From Rebecca billardiae RCC1528 (taxonomy: Eukaryota > Protista > Haptophyta): 64,000 nucleotides of DNA. The stretch spans positions 248,001 through 312,000 of the forward strand of contig OZ251254.1 of the NCBI GenBank assembly GCA_965240325.2. Direction: 5' to 3'. The position numbers and the translations under genes are program-made. The notes below the pieces were generated by a model, which worked only from the letters and a program-made list of their open reading frames with translations, was not told the DNA's origin and made no database searches. Positions 23,026-32,765 of the stretch are shown one piece after another. Each line of letters starts with the position of its first letter. The first letter of the stretch is position 1.

Positions 23026-24630
23026 ATGGCTGCCCCGGCGGCGGAGCACTGGGTGGACGAGCGCCTCGTGGTGCGCGAGGCGCCCGGCCGCGGCCGGGCT
23101 GTCTTCGCCCGCGCGCCGATCCGCGCGGGCGAGGTGATCGCGCGGTGCACGCCGATCGTGATTCTGGCCACGCCCGCCGACGACGAGAGCGACGACGACA
23201 GCGGCGGCGGCGAGGAGGAGGAGGAGGAGGGGGAGGAGGGCGGCACGTCCGTCTCGGAGGACAGCGCGGACCGCGCGGCCGCGCGCGCCCGGGACCACGC
23301 ATGGCTCGGCCTCGAGTGCACCGCGTGCGGCAGCTCGCTCGGCAGCCTCGCCGAGCACCTGGCAGCGCTCGGCGGCCACGCGGTGCGCTCGGAGCAGCTC
23401 GAGGGGCAGCTGCCGCTGCTCGCGCGGCCGGAGGACGGGCGGTTCGCCGAGCCCGTCGCGTGCGCGCGCGGCTGCGAGCAGCGCTTCTGCTCGCGCGGCT
23501 GCGAGCGCGCGCCGTCCCACCGGCTGCTGTGCGCGCGCGCGGCCGCGGGCACGGCAGCCGACGCCTCGGTGGCCGCGGCCGTGCGCTCATTCGAGTCGCA
23601 CGCGCGCCGCACGGACTGGGCGCTCGCGCTGGCGGCGCGCGCGCTCGCCGTCGCGCTCGCGCCCGCCGTGCACGCCGCGCCCGTGGCCGAAGCCGACGCC
23701 GGCGCGGACGCGGCGCGCGAGGCCGCCGCGGCGCTCGCCCGCCTGCGCTGCGCCGGCGGCGCCGTCGGCTCCGGGGTTCACTGGAGCGAGCTGGCAGCGG
23801 TGCCCCCGGACTGGCCTGGCTCGGCGCGAGCGTACGCGGCCCGGCAGCGCGCGCACGCGCGCGAGGCGTTCGCGCGGCTCAGCCGCGCGCTCGCGCTCTC
23901 GCCCGCCGCGCTGGGCGCGCCGCCTGCGGCACGCGCGCGCGCCCAGCGCGCCGCCGCCGGGAGCCGCGCAGACGGCGCGGGCGGCGCGCGGCGCGCGCGG
24001 CCGGCGGCCGAGGCGATCGAGCTCGCGCGCAGCCCCGCGCGCTTCGACGCCCTCCTCGGCGCGCTCGCGCAGAACGCCATGTCCGTTGAGCGGCCCTCCG
24101 CCCTGGCAGAATACGTCGCGCTGCTGCGCGCCGCGCTCGGCACGGGCGCGGTGCGCGCGCTGCCGAGCGGTGGGCGCACGCCGGTGCGCGAGGCGCTGGC
24201 TGCGCTCGTGGCGCGGCTCGCGCCGCCGCGCGCAGCCGCCGGGGTGGCCGCCGCCGCGCGCAGCCGCGCGGCGGGCGGGCGGAAGCGCGCGCGCGGCGGC
24301 GCGGCGCCCGACAGCCGTGACGCCGCCGCCGCCGCTGACGCCGCGCTTCTGGCCGCGGCCGCGCGCGCGCTGCCCCGGCGGCACGGCTCGGCGCTGGTGC
24401 GCTTCGCCCACCTGCTCAACCACTCGTGCGAGCCGTGCTGCTCACTCGACTTTGCAAGCGACGCAGCCGTGGCCACGCTCAGCGCCGCGCGCGACGTGCC
24501 GGCCGGCGCCGAGATCACAATCTCGTACGTGCCGGAGGCGCTGGGGCGCGAGGACCGGCGCGCCGAGCTGCGAGAGTATGCCTTCGAGTGCGGCTGCGAG
24601 CGCTGCGTGCGCGAGGCGTCGTCACGATGA
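23026..24630 (+). CDS. SET-domain lysine methyltransferase (SMYD-like)
   Basis: GRGRAVFARAPIRAGEVI, a Cys-rich insert (CEQRFCSRGC), LLNHSCEP, EITISY and post-SET FECGCERC. Confidence 0.9.
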   Translation: MAAPAAEHWVDERLVVREAPGRGRAVFARAPIRAGEVIARCTPIVILATPADDESDDDSGGGEEEEEEGEEGGTSVSEDSADRAAARARDHAWLGLECTACGSSLGSLAEHLAALGGHAVRSEQLEGQLPLLARPEDGRFAEPVACARGCEQRFCSRGCERAPSHRLLCARAAAGTAADASVAAAVRSFESHARRTDWALALAARALAVALAPAVHAAPVAEADAGADAAREAAAALARLRCAGGAVGSGVHWSELAAVPPDWPGSARAYAARQRAHAREAFARLSRALALSPAALGAPPAARARAQRAAAGSRADGAGGARRARPAAEAIELARSPARFDALLGALAQNAMSVERPSALAEYVALLRAALGTGAVRALPSGGRTPVREALAALVARLAPPRAAAGVAAAARSRAAGGRKRARGGAAPDSRDAAAAADAALLAAAARALPRRHGSALVRFAHLLNHSCEPCCSLDFASDAAVATLSAARDVPAGAEITISYVPEALGREDRRAELREYAFECGCERCVREASSR

Positions 24631-24913
24631 GATGCTTGATGACGCTGATGAGAGCCATGAGCGATATGCTTGACGTCACGACTGCCTGTGACTGCTGATG
24701 GAGTGGTGGTGCGCCGCGTTCAGGCTGCCGGTCACGGTGCCGCTGCGGGCCGCGATGACGAGCAGCGACTACGAACTCAGCGCGCACTGCACGCATGCCT
24801 GACAATGTGCCGCGTCGGGGCGGGACCGCCGCCCGTCTAGATTATTATTATTCATATTCATCGTCACTACTCGTCATATACATACTATACAAATATGTTC
24901 CGATGACGGATCA

Positions 24914-27466
24914 TTAAAACGACGGCCGCGCCGACCGTGGCCGCATCGTCCCCGATTGGCGGGAGCACGACGAGGACGATGCTTGGCTCGTGCGGCCCTC
25001 GCGCGCCGCCGCGGGCGACGGCTGCGCAAGGGTGGTCGCCTGGGCGCCCGGCTCGAGGCTCTCGACGTGCGCGCGCAGCAGCGCCTCGATGGCGGCGAGC
25101 CCGTCGCTCGTCTTGTCGTGGCACGCGTCGAGGCCGACCGCCTCGAACTCGGCGCGGTCGGGCGAGCCGGTCGGGTCGCCGGTCACGCCGACGATCGGCC
25201 CGGCAAAGCCGCGCGCGCGCAGCGCGGCCGCGCACTCCGTGCCGCCCATGATCGGCATCTGATTGTCCAGCACGACGAACGTGATCGGATCTCCCGCCGC
25301 CTCGGCGGCGCCGACGGCCTCGAGCGCCGCCTGCCCGTCCGGCGCGCTCTCCCACCGCACGCCGCACTTCCTGAAGAGCTGCTCGCCGACCATCAGCCGC
25401 AGCATGCCGTCGTCCTCGACGTGTAGGCAGCGCGGCGCGCGCGGCGGCGCCGCCGGCGCGGGGTCGGCCGTGGCGTCCTCGGACGCGGCGGCGCGCGACG
25501 CGGGCGGCGACGGGTCGGGCCGGCGTGCACTGGGCGAGGCGGTGGGCGAGAACGCCGCGCGCACGCGCCCGCCGCCCTGCTCGTGCGCGCGCGAGATCCT
25601 TGCGAACGCGCGCGGCAACACGCGGTGCGGCGCGAGCGGCGAGGGCGAAGAGCAGGCGGTGGTGTACGACGCGGAGCAGGAGCCGGACGGGCCTCCGTCG
25701 AGCGTGGGCGGGCGTGCGGCCTCGGCTCGGCGCAGCCGCAGCCGCATCTCGAAGGTCGTGCCCTGCCGGTGCCCCTCGCTGCGCAGCCGCAGCTCCGACT
25801 CGCCGTGCAGCCGCAGAATACTCCGGACGATCGCGAGGCCGAGTCCGGTGCCGCCGCTGCCCTGCAGCTGCCCCCGGCCCACCTGCTGGAAGGGCTTGCC
25901 GGAGGAGAGCGCGCGCAGCTCGGCCTCGTCGAGCCCGATGCCGTTGTCCTGCACGGCGATGTGCACCGTCGTCCACGCGCCCGCGCCCCCGTCCTCCGCC
26001 GGATTCGCCGGGCTCACCGCCGCGCCGGGCGGCGGCGGCGCGGGCGCGAGCGCGCCCCTCTCCTCCCACGCGCGAAGAGTCACGCGCCCGTGCGGCGGCT
26101 CGACAAACTTGACGGCGTTGGAGACGCCGTTGCTCAGGCACTGCAGCAGCCGGCGGCGGTCGCCGAGGAAGAGGCGCTCCTCGAGCTCCGGCGGCAGCGG
26201 CTCGAGCGCGAGGCTCACCCCCTTCCGCTCGGCGAGCGCGCCAAGCGTCACCCGCGCATCGCCCAGCAGCTTCCCCAACGAGAAGGGCTGCAGCACCAAG
26301 TTGAGACGGCCGCTGTCGATGCGCTCAAAGTCGAGCATGTCGGAGACGATGCCCTCCATCAGCGTGGAGCAGGTCTGCAGCGCGTCGAGCGAGGCGCGCA
26401 CGCCGGGCTCGGACAGCGTGCGCTCGCCCTCCGCCTCGGACAGCCCCTTCGCCAGCCCGTGCACGCTCAGCAGCGGCGAGCGCAGGTCGTGCATCACGAT
26501 GCGGATCAGCTTGGCGCGCGCGTCCGTCGCCGACTGCGCCGAGGCCTCGCGCGCGTGCGCGTCCATCTCGGCGCGCTCGGCGCGGCGCCAGCGCCGCGCG
26601 GCGGCGAGGACGGAGCGGCGGAAGTACCACTGCCGCCGCTGCGCGCGCGCGCGCGAGACCACGCCGCCCAGCGTGATCCCAAGCACCAGCAGCCACACTA
26701 GACCGTCACGCATGTCCATCGCGGCGCCGCACCGCTCGGACGGCATCTGCGCCTCCGCCACGACCAAGACGCTGACGGTCCATGCGACGAGCAGCAGGAA
26801 CCAGTGCACGTCCATCGGCAGCAGGAACCCCGCGGTCATCACGATCGCCAGCGAGACGTTGGCCAGCGCGTCGAACGAGCGCTCGACCACGCCGTACGCG
26901 GCGGGCACGAGCCCAAGCAGCCGCAGCGAGCGCCCGGGCGTGAGCACGACGATCAGGACGACCTGCGCGCACAGGAGCGCGAGGACCGTGGCCTGCGCGA
27001 CGCTGACGGGCGTGCGCCGCCGCCGCGTCGCCGCACAGAAGACCAGCCCCAGCGCAGCAATCCCCATGATCGCGCCGACGCGCGCGGCGGGCACGTAGTG
27101 GCTCACGCGCCGCCCCGGCAGCAGCTGCAGCCCGAGCACGACGAGGTTGAGGGTGAGGATGAACGCGAAGCAGGAGATGGTGCGCCGGTAGAACGCATCG
27201 CGCAGCTCGCCCTCGGCGTACGCTGCCTCGTCCTCGCGGTCGCGAAAGGTCATGCGCCACGTGAGCACGGGCGACGCCGTCTCGAGCTCCAGCTCGAGAT
27301 CGGGCTCGGGCTCGGGCTCGGCGGCGGGCTCGGCCGCGAGCGCGCGCACGGGCGCCCGCTCGACGTCCACCACGTGCTCGGCGGCGCACGCGCGAGCGGG
27401 CGCACCGTCCGGCGCCTCCTCCAGCGCCGGTCGGACTCGTGTAGTCGTCGACGGCACGACGCGCAT
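24914..27466 (-). CDS. Membrane-bound hybrid histidine kinase (TM-HisKA-HATPase-REC); alternative start 27553
   Basis: H box MHDLRSPL, N box NGVSNAVKF, G1 DNGIG, G2 GTGLGLAIV, receiver VEDD...LDNQMPIMGG. About 6 TM helices. Confidence 0.92.
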   Translation of the reverse strand: MRVVPSTTTRVRPALEEAPDGAPARACAAEHVVDVERAPVRALAAEPAAEPEPEPDLELELETASPVLTWRMTFRDREDEAAYAEGELRDAFYRRTISCFAFILTLNLVVLGLQLLPGRRVSHYVPAARVGAIMGIAALGLVFCAATRRRRTPVSVAQATVLALLCAQVVLIVVLTPGRSLRLLGLVPAAYGVVERSFDALANVSLAIVMTAGFLLPMDVHWFLLLVAWTVSVLVVAEAQMPSERCGAAMDMRDGLVWLLVLGITLGGVVSRARAQRRQWYFRRSVLAAARRWRRAERAEMDAHAREASAQSATDARAKLIRIVMHDLRSPLLSVHGLAKGLSEAEGERTLSEPGVRASLDALQTCSTLMEGIVSDMLDFERIDSGRLNLVLQPFSLGKLLGDARVTLGALAERKGVSLALEPLPPELEERLFLGDRRRLLQCLSNGVSNAVKFVEPPHGRVTLRAWEERGALAPAPPPPGAAVSPANPAEDGGAGAWTTVHIAVQDNGIGLDEAELRALSSGKPFQQVGRGQLQGSGGTGLGLAIVRSILRLHGESELRLRSEGHRQGTTFEMRLRLRRAEAARPPTLDGGPSGSCSASYTTACSSPSPLAPHRVLPRAFARISRAHEQGGGRVRAAFSPTASPSARRPDPSPPASRAAASEDATADPAPAAPPRAPRCLHVEDDGMLRLMVGEQLFRKCGVRWESAPDGQAALEAVGAAEAAGDPITFVVLDNQMPIMGGTECAAALRARGFAGPIVGVTGDPTGSPDRAEFEAVGLDACHDKTSDGLAAIEALLRAHVESLEPGAQATTLAQPSPAAAREGRTSQASSSSCSRQSGTMRPRSARPSF

Positions 27467-27814
27467 CGCCCACGAGTACGTTGCTCGGCAGCGGGGGGTG
27501 GGTGCTCGACGACGCGACGGTTCGGTGCCTTGGTCAGGAGCGAGGCCCGCCATTATTTAGGGTTATGATGGTCAAAACAACCGCCAACCTGAAATCGTCA
27601 AAAGGCCGCGTACAATCCGATGAAGCTATAGCTATTTCTGAACCACAAGCCCACAAAAATACCGTATCAGTAGCGAGATGATTCTCTCTTCTATGATAGA
27701 TACGCCCGCTTATGAAGGTAGATTCGGTTGTCTTTCCGTACAAGGCCAAACCACGGCGACGAAACGAAATCACCTCGTCGTCGCGTCGCGTACCCCTCGT
27801 CATCTCCTCACCTC

Positions 27815-29473
27815 ATGCCCCCCACGACAAGGGACCAGGCGCGCGCGCGGGCAGAGCAGCTGGCCAGCCTGCCGCCCGAGCTACGCGCGCGCATCGTGGG
27901 CCACCTCGGGGAGAGCCTACCCGATCTCGCTGCCGTGAACGCCGCATCGCGCCTCTTCCGTGGCGCGCCGGTCGAGCACGCGCTGCGCGCGCGTTCGCGC
28001 GCGCGTGGGCACGAGCGCGCACTTCCGGCGAGGCTGCCCCCTGGCGTGCGCACGTGGACGGGGGAGCTGTTCGCGCGCGAACGCGTGCTGCAGCTCGCTC
28101 GTGCCCACGCATTCGTGGCTGCCGCTGGAGGCCGTGAGGAGTACTCGGGCGGGGACCCTTTCGCCGGCGGGGACGAAAGGCAGGACGGCGAGGCCTTCAG
28201 CGCATTTGTCGACGCAGACGGCCGCGTGCACGCGTGTGGTGAGAGGCTAATGTTCGATGCGGACGATTACCCGGGCTGGTTCTCCCCTGGCGCAATCGGC
28301 CTTGATCACTTGGCGGAGGACAGGAGACACCTGGGGAGGCCGGCGCGTGTCCCATCGCTCGACGAGGTGCGTGTGTGCGCGCTCGCGGCTGGCCTCTGCC
28401 ACCTGCTCGCGCTGAGCGACACCGGCGCTGTTTACGCGTGTGGCGACAACTACCTCGGCCAGCTTGGGTTCAAAGCCGCCGACGACGACGAGCTCTTCTG
28501 TGAGTCTTTTGGGCCTGTGACGGCGCTTGCGAGCCAGACGATCGTGGGCATCGCTGCTGGCGACGAGCACAGCCTCGCGCTCACAGCAGCTGGGCGAGTT
28601 TACAGCTGGGGATGCGAGAGCTCCGGCCAGCTCGGCCACGGCGACGACACAAGGATCAGCACGCAGGATGATTGGGACACATATCAATGGAAGCCGGCAC
28701 GCATCAAGGCGCTGGACGGCGTGCGAGTGGGCGGGCTCGCCGCCGGAGGCGACCACTCGCTTTTTGTCGCCGCTGGAGGGGCCGTCTACTCATGCGGCGG
28801 CAGCTGGCACGGCCAGCTCGGCCACGGTGACCCCCGCGCGCTAGAACGTCCTGACGAGCTCAGCACACCAACGCGAATCGAGGCGCTTGCGGGCGTGCGC
28901 GCCGTGCACGCGAGCGCTGGTAAGCGGCACAGCCTGGCGGTGGACGCCGCTGGTGCTGTGCACTTCTTTGGCAATTGGAACTACCGTCATGGCACGTCCT
29001 ATGAGTATGCTGCCCCCACCGACGACGTCTACTTGCCCGAAAGCATCGACTTGCCGGCGGGCATGCGCGCCGTGCGCGTCAGTGCTGGCAGGGGCTACAG
29101 CGCGGTGCTGGGCGCAGACGGCCGCGTGTACACGTTCGGAAGCAACCGTGAGTACGGACTGGGCAGGGACTACTGGGACATGAACTTGCTCGTACGAGTG
29201 TTCGAATTCGAGGAGACGCGCATGGTGAGCTGTTCATTTAGCGAGCTGCACGCTCTCTTCGTGAGTGCAAGCGGCCTTGTCTACTCGTGCGGCGAGACAA
29301 GTGCCGCGCTCGGGATGGGCCCAGGCTGGCGCTATGACGGCCGCTCCGATTGCCAGTCGCCGGGGCAATCTCCGGTGGAACTGAAGTATAAGCGCCCCCT
29401 GCGCGTCCGCGTGGCCGCCACCCTGGGCTGTGGTGCACCTGCGCCCGAGCCAGTCCCGGTCCGTACGCCATGA
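27815..29473 (+). CDS. F-box-like + RCC1 repeat protein, paralogue of 193-1692
   Basis: LASLPPELRARIVGHL...AAVNAASRLFRG and IAAGDEHSLALTAAGRVYSWG...GQLGHGD repeats. Confidence 0.88.
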   Translation: MPPTTRDQARARAEQLASLPPELRARIVGHLGESLPDLAAVNAASRLFRGAPVEHALRARSRARGHERALPARLPPGVRTWTGELFARERVLQLARAHAFVAAAGGREEYSGGDPFAGGDERQDGEAFSAFVDADGRVHACGERLMFDADDYPGWFSPGAIGLDHLAEDRRHLGRPARVPSLDEVRVCALAAGLCHLLALSDTGAVYACGDNYLGQLGFKAADDDELFCESFGPVTALASQTIVGIAAGDEHSLALTAAGRVYSWGCESSGQLGHGDDTRISTQDDWDTYQWKPARIKALDGVRVGGLAAGGDHSLFVAAGGAVYSCGGSWHGQLGHGDPRALERPDELSTPTRIEALAGVRAVHASAGKRHSLAVDAAGAVHFFGNWNYRHGTSYEYAAPTDDVYLPESIDLPAGMRAVRVSAGRGYSAVLGADGRVYTFGSNREYGLGRDYWDMNLLVRVFEFEETRMVSCSFSELHALFVSASGLVYSCGETSAALGMGPGWRYDGRSDCQSPGQSPVELKYKRPLRVRVAATLGCGAPAPEPVPVRTP

Positions 29474-29841
29474 TGCTGCTGATGCTGCTGGCTGCCGACC
29501 GACGTGAGCCGCGTGGCGACGACGCCACGTCGCCACCCGCCCACCGCCGGCGCCTGCCGAATCCGACGATATGCCAGCAGTGACGATGGCACAACGCTGC
29601 AAGGTCCGGGATGACACCTTGTAGTATAGCGCAAGTGAGGTCGCGGCGGACGGGGCACTGGCGGGCCCGAAGGACGCACCGCCACGCACGCACGTTGACG
29701 CGGTCCCAGCCAGGCATCCTTGGTCCGATCGTCCGGCGGTCCAGCCTGCTCCTGCCTTTCTTCGTCATCATTCTTTTTTGCGCCCAGCTGAGCTCTCAGC
29801 CGAGCAGCCGGACTGCATCTCGTCTTCGTCACCCTCCGCCG

Positions 29842-31232
29842 ATGCCGGGCGGCGCGGAGCACGAGCTCTTCGTGCCCGGCCGGCTGTGCCTGCTCGGCGA
29901 GCACTCGGACTGGGCGGGCGGGTACCGGCGGCTCGACCCGACCATCCCCGCCGGCGCGTGCCTCGTCTCGGGCACCAACCAGGGCCTGCGCGCGCGCGCG
30001 CGCGCCGAGCGGCGCCCCGTGCTGCGCTTCACGTCGGCCGCGCACACGGGCGAGCGGCACGGCCCGTTCGAGGTGGCGCTGGAGGAGTCGGCGCTGCTCG
30101 AGGTGGCGCGGCAGGGGACCTACTTCTCGTACGTCGCGGGCGTCGCGTACCAGCTCCTCCTCCGCTTCGACGTCGGCGGCATCACCATCGATAATTACGC
30201 AACCGATCTGCCCGCGCAGAAGGGTCTCTCGTCGAGCGCGGCGGTGTGCGTGCTCGTGGCGCGCGCGTTCAGCGCGGTGTACGGGCTGCAGCTGACGCCG
30301 CGCGGCGAGATGGAGCTCGCCTACCTCGGCGAGACCACCACGCCCTCGCAGTGCGGCCGCATGGACCAGTGCTGCGCCTTTGGCGCCACGCCGGTGCGCG
30401 CGCGCGCGCTCGCCGCGCCGCGGCCGGGTCGGGCTGGCGAGGCGGCGCTCGGCCGAGCCGCCGGGGCGTGACGCACGCGCGCCTCTCCCCTCGCCGCGCG
30501 GCGGCCCCGCGCTCTCCTTGCCAGGTGCTCATGGAGTTCGACGGCGACGAGCTGCGCTGCTCGCCGCTCCCGGTGCGGCCGGCCACTTTTTATTTCGTAA
30601 TTGTTGAGCTGGGCGCGCACAAGGACACGGTGGCGATCCTGCGCGAGCTGAACGCGTGCTACGCGCCGGCGGGCGCGGGCGGGCCGAGCGCGGAGGTGCG
30701 CGCCGGCGTGCGCAGGCTGCTCGGCGAGATCAACCAGCGCATCACAACCGCAGCAGTCTCCGCACTGCGCGCGGGCGACGCGCCGCGGCTTGGCGCTCTG
30801 ATGGACGAGGCCCAGGCGGAGTTCGACCGTTGGGCGACGCCCGCGTGCCCGGCGGAGCTGAGCGCGCCGGTGCTGCACCGCGTGCTGCACGAGCCCGCGC
30901 TGCGCGAGCTCGCCCTCGGCGCCAAGGGCGTCGGCTCGCAGGGCGACGGCTGCGCGCAGTTCCTCGCCAAATCCGCAGAGGCTCAGGCCGAGCTCGCGCG
31001 CCGCGCGCACGAGCGGCTCGGTCTGGAGGCGCTGACGCTCACGCTGGGCGGCGGGGGCGGTGGCGGCGGCGAAGGGGGCGGGGCGGGCGCTGCGGCCGGA
31101 CGGCGCGTCGCGCCGGGCGGCGCGGACGCGCGCGAGCTGCGCGCGGCGCTGCGCGGCGCGCTGCTCGGTGCGGCGGCTGCCCTGCTCGGCGCGTTCGCGT
31201 GCGGCGCGCTGCGCGGCGCGCGCCGGGCCTAG
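29842..31232 (+). CDS. GHMP-family sugar kinase; exons 29842-30393, 30525-31232
   Basis: PGRLCLLGEHSDW, ATP loop LPAQKGLSSSAA, GRMDQ, GAKGVGSQGDG. GT-AG intron 30394-30524. Confidence 0.88.
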
Positions 31233-31976
31233 CTAGCCGCCTCGCTGGCAGCCCGTCGTCGGCTTCGCCCAAGGACAGCGCCGCTGGTGGGGGTAGTGGC
31301 GGGCGCGTTGACGCCGGCGGGGCCCACGACCACGTTGACGTGGGGCGGTGCGTGCAGCTAGACAGCAGATCGAGTGCGTGACCGCAGCGTCACCGCCAAC
31401 CGCCGCGCGTCAACACCGCCACCGGTCACCGGAGCGACGACGACGAAGCGCTACTACGACTTATCATTGCCATGATGCATAACGTACGTTGCCGCCATCA
31501 GCAGCGCGCCTACGACCGAGCCGTATATGGGCGCAGCAGTCATGAGTACTACTACGACTGCGCTCAATAATATTCATTCATCACGACACTTATATTATTA
31601 TTCATCATATATATATTATATTCAGATATAAGGCCGCCGCCACGTTCGCGCGGCCGGGATTCGTTCGTCGTCATCATCGTCGTCATCATCGTCAGATGGC
31701 GGCACGGCCACACGGCTCGCGCTGCAGTGCTAAGTCGGCTCGGCTCGGCCGACTCAGACTCAGTCTCAGTACTACTCTCACAGTCGCATAAGAGGCTCGG
31801 ACTAGTCGGAGTGGAAGTTGTCAATAATCGTAGTCTGCTCGGGTCCCGCGCGCTGACCGCCTCGCGGCGCGACGATCTTGGGCGCGCCGGCGCCAGTGGC
31901 GCGCGTGCCCACCGGCGGCGCGCGCAGCGAGAGCCGTCCCGACGCTCCGACGCCCCCGAGACGGCGTCGGAGCGTC

Positions 31977-32579
31977 TCATTGTTGTGAGCCGCGCGGCTG
32001 TTGGTCGTCGCCGTCGTTTTCGGCGCTGCTCGTGCGGATCGCGGCCTCGAAGCGCGCGCGCTCGGGCGAGTGCGGCCCGTGCACGCCGTTGATGTGCTCG
32101 CGGCAGCAGCCGATACAGAACGCGCCCATCTCCGCCTGGCGCACGCCGTACATCCGCGCGAAGTGCTCGCTGCTCACCTGGCAGAACCAAGGGCGGCGCT
32201 CGTAGATGGTGCATGCGCGCGTCTGCGCGTCGTAGTGCTTGCACCAGCCGTCGGCGCCGACCATCGAGCGGTAGGTGGCGAGGTCATCCGCGCCGAGCCA
32301 CTCGTCCAGGCCCGGCCGCTCCGCCTCGTCGAGGTAGCAGCACGCGCCGCAGCCCTGCACGCACTGCCACGTGAGCGCTTCTGCGCGCTTGGCGCGCCGG
32401 CGCGCGCCGCCCGCGGCGCGCACGCACGCGCGCGAGCGCGCGGACGGCCTCGCGCGCGATGGCGGGACAGGCGCCGTGCGTGACGCCAGGGCCGCGTGCC
32501 GTGGGGCCGCGAGTAGCGCCGACGCGCCGCGGCTCGCGAAGGCGACGTAGATCAAGCCCGCGCGCACGAGAGCCGCCAT
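31977..32579 (-). CDS. YkgJ/UPF0153 CxxCxxCC cysteine-cluster protein with targeting-like leader
   Basis: WQCVQGCGACC...GWCKHYD...CTIYERRPWFC...CIGCC. Confidence 0.85.
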   Translation of the reverse strand: MAALVRAGLIYVAFASRGASALLAAPRHAALASRTAPVPPSRARPSARSRACVRAAGGARRRAKRAEALTWQCVQGCGACCYLDEAERPGLDEWLGADDLATYRSMVGADGWCKHYDAQTRACTIYERRPWFCQVSSEHFARMYGVRQAEMGAFCIGCCREHINGVHGPHSPERARFEAAIRTSSAENDGDDQQPRGSQQ

Positions 32580-32765
32580 GCCGCCCGAACCGGCCGCAAA
32601 CCCTGGAACCGGACGCCTGACATGCCCGGCCCGGACGCACGGCCAAGCCGCCCAAACCGCTTGCCGGCGGGCGGCGGCGGGTTTATTGGCGCCCTCATGA
32701 TGATTGCCGCCAAGGACGCCATCATCACGCACGTCTTGCAAAGCACCGACGGGCGGGCGGCCGTG

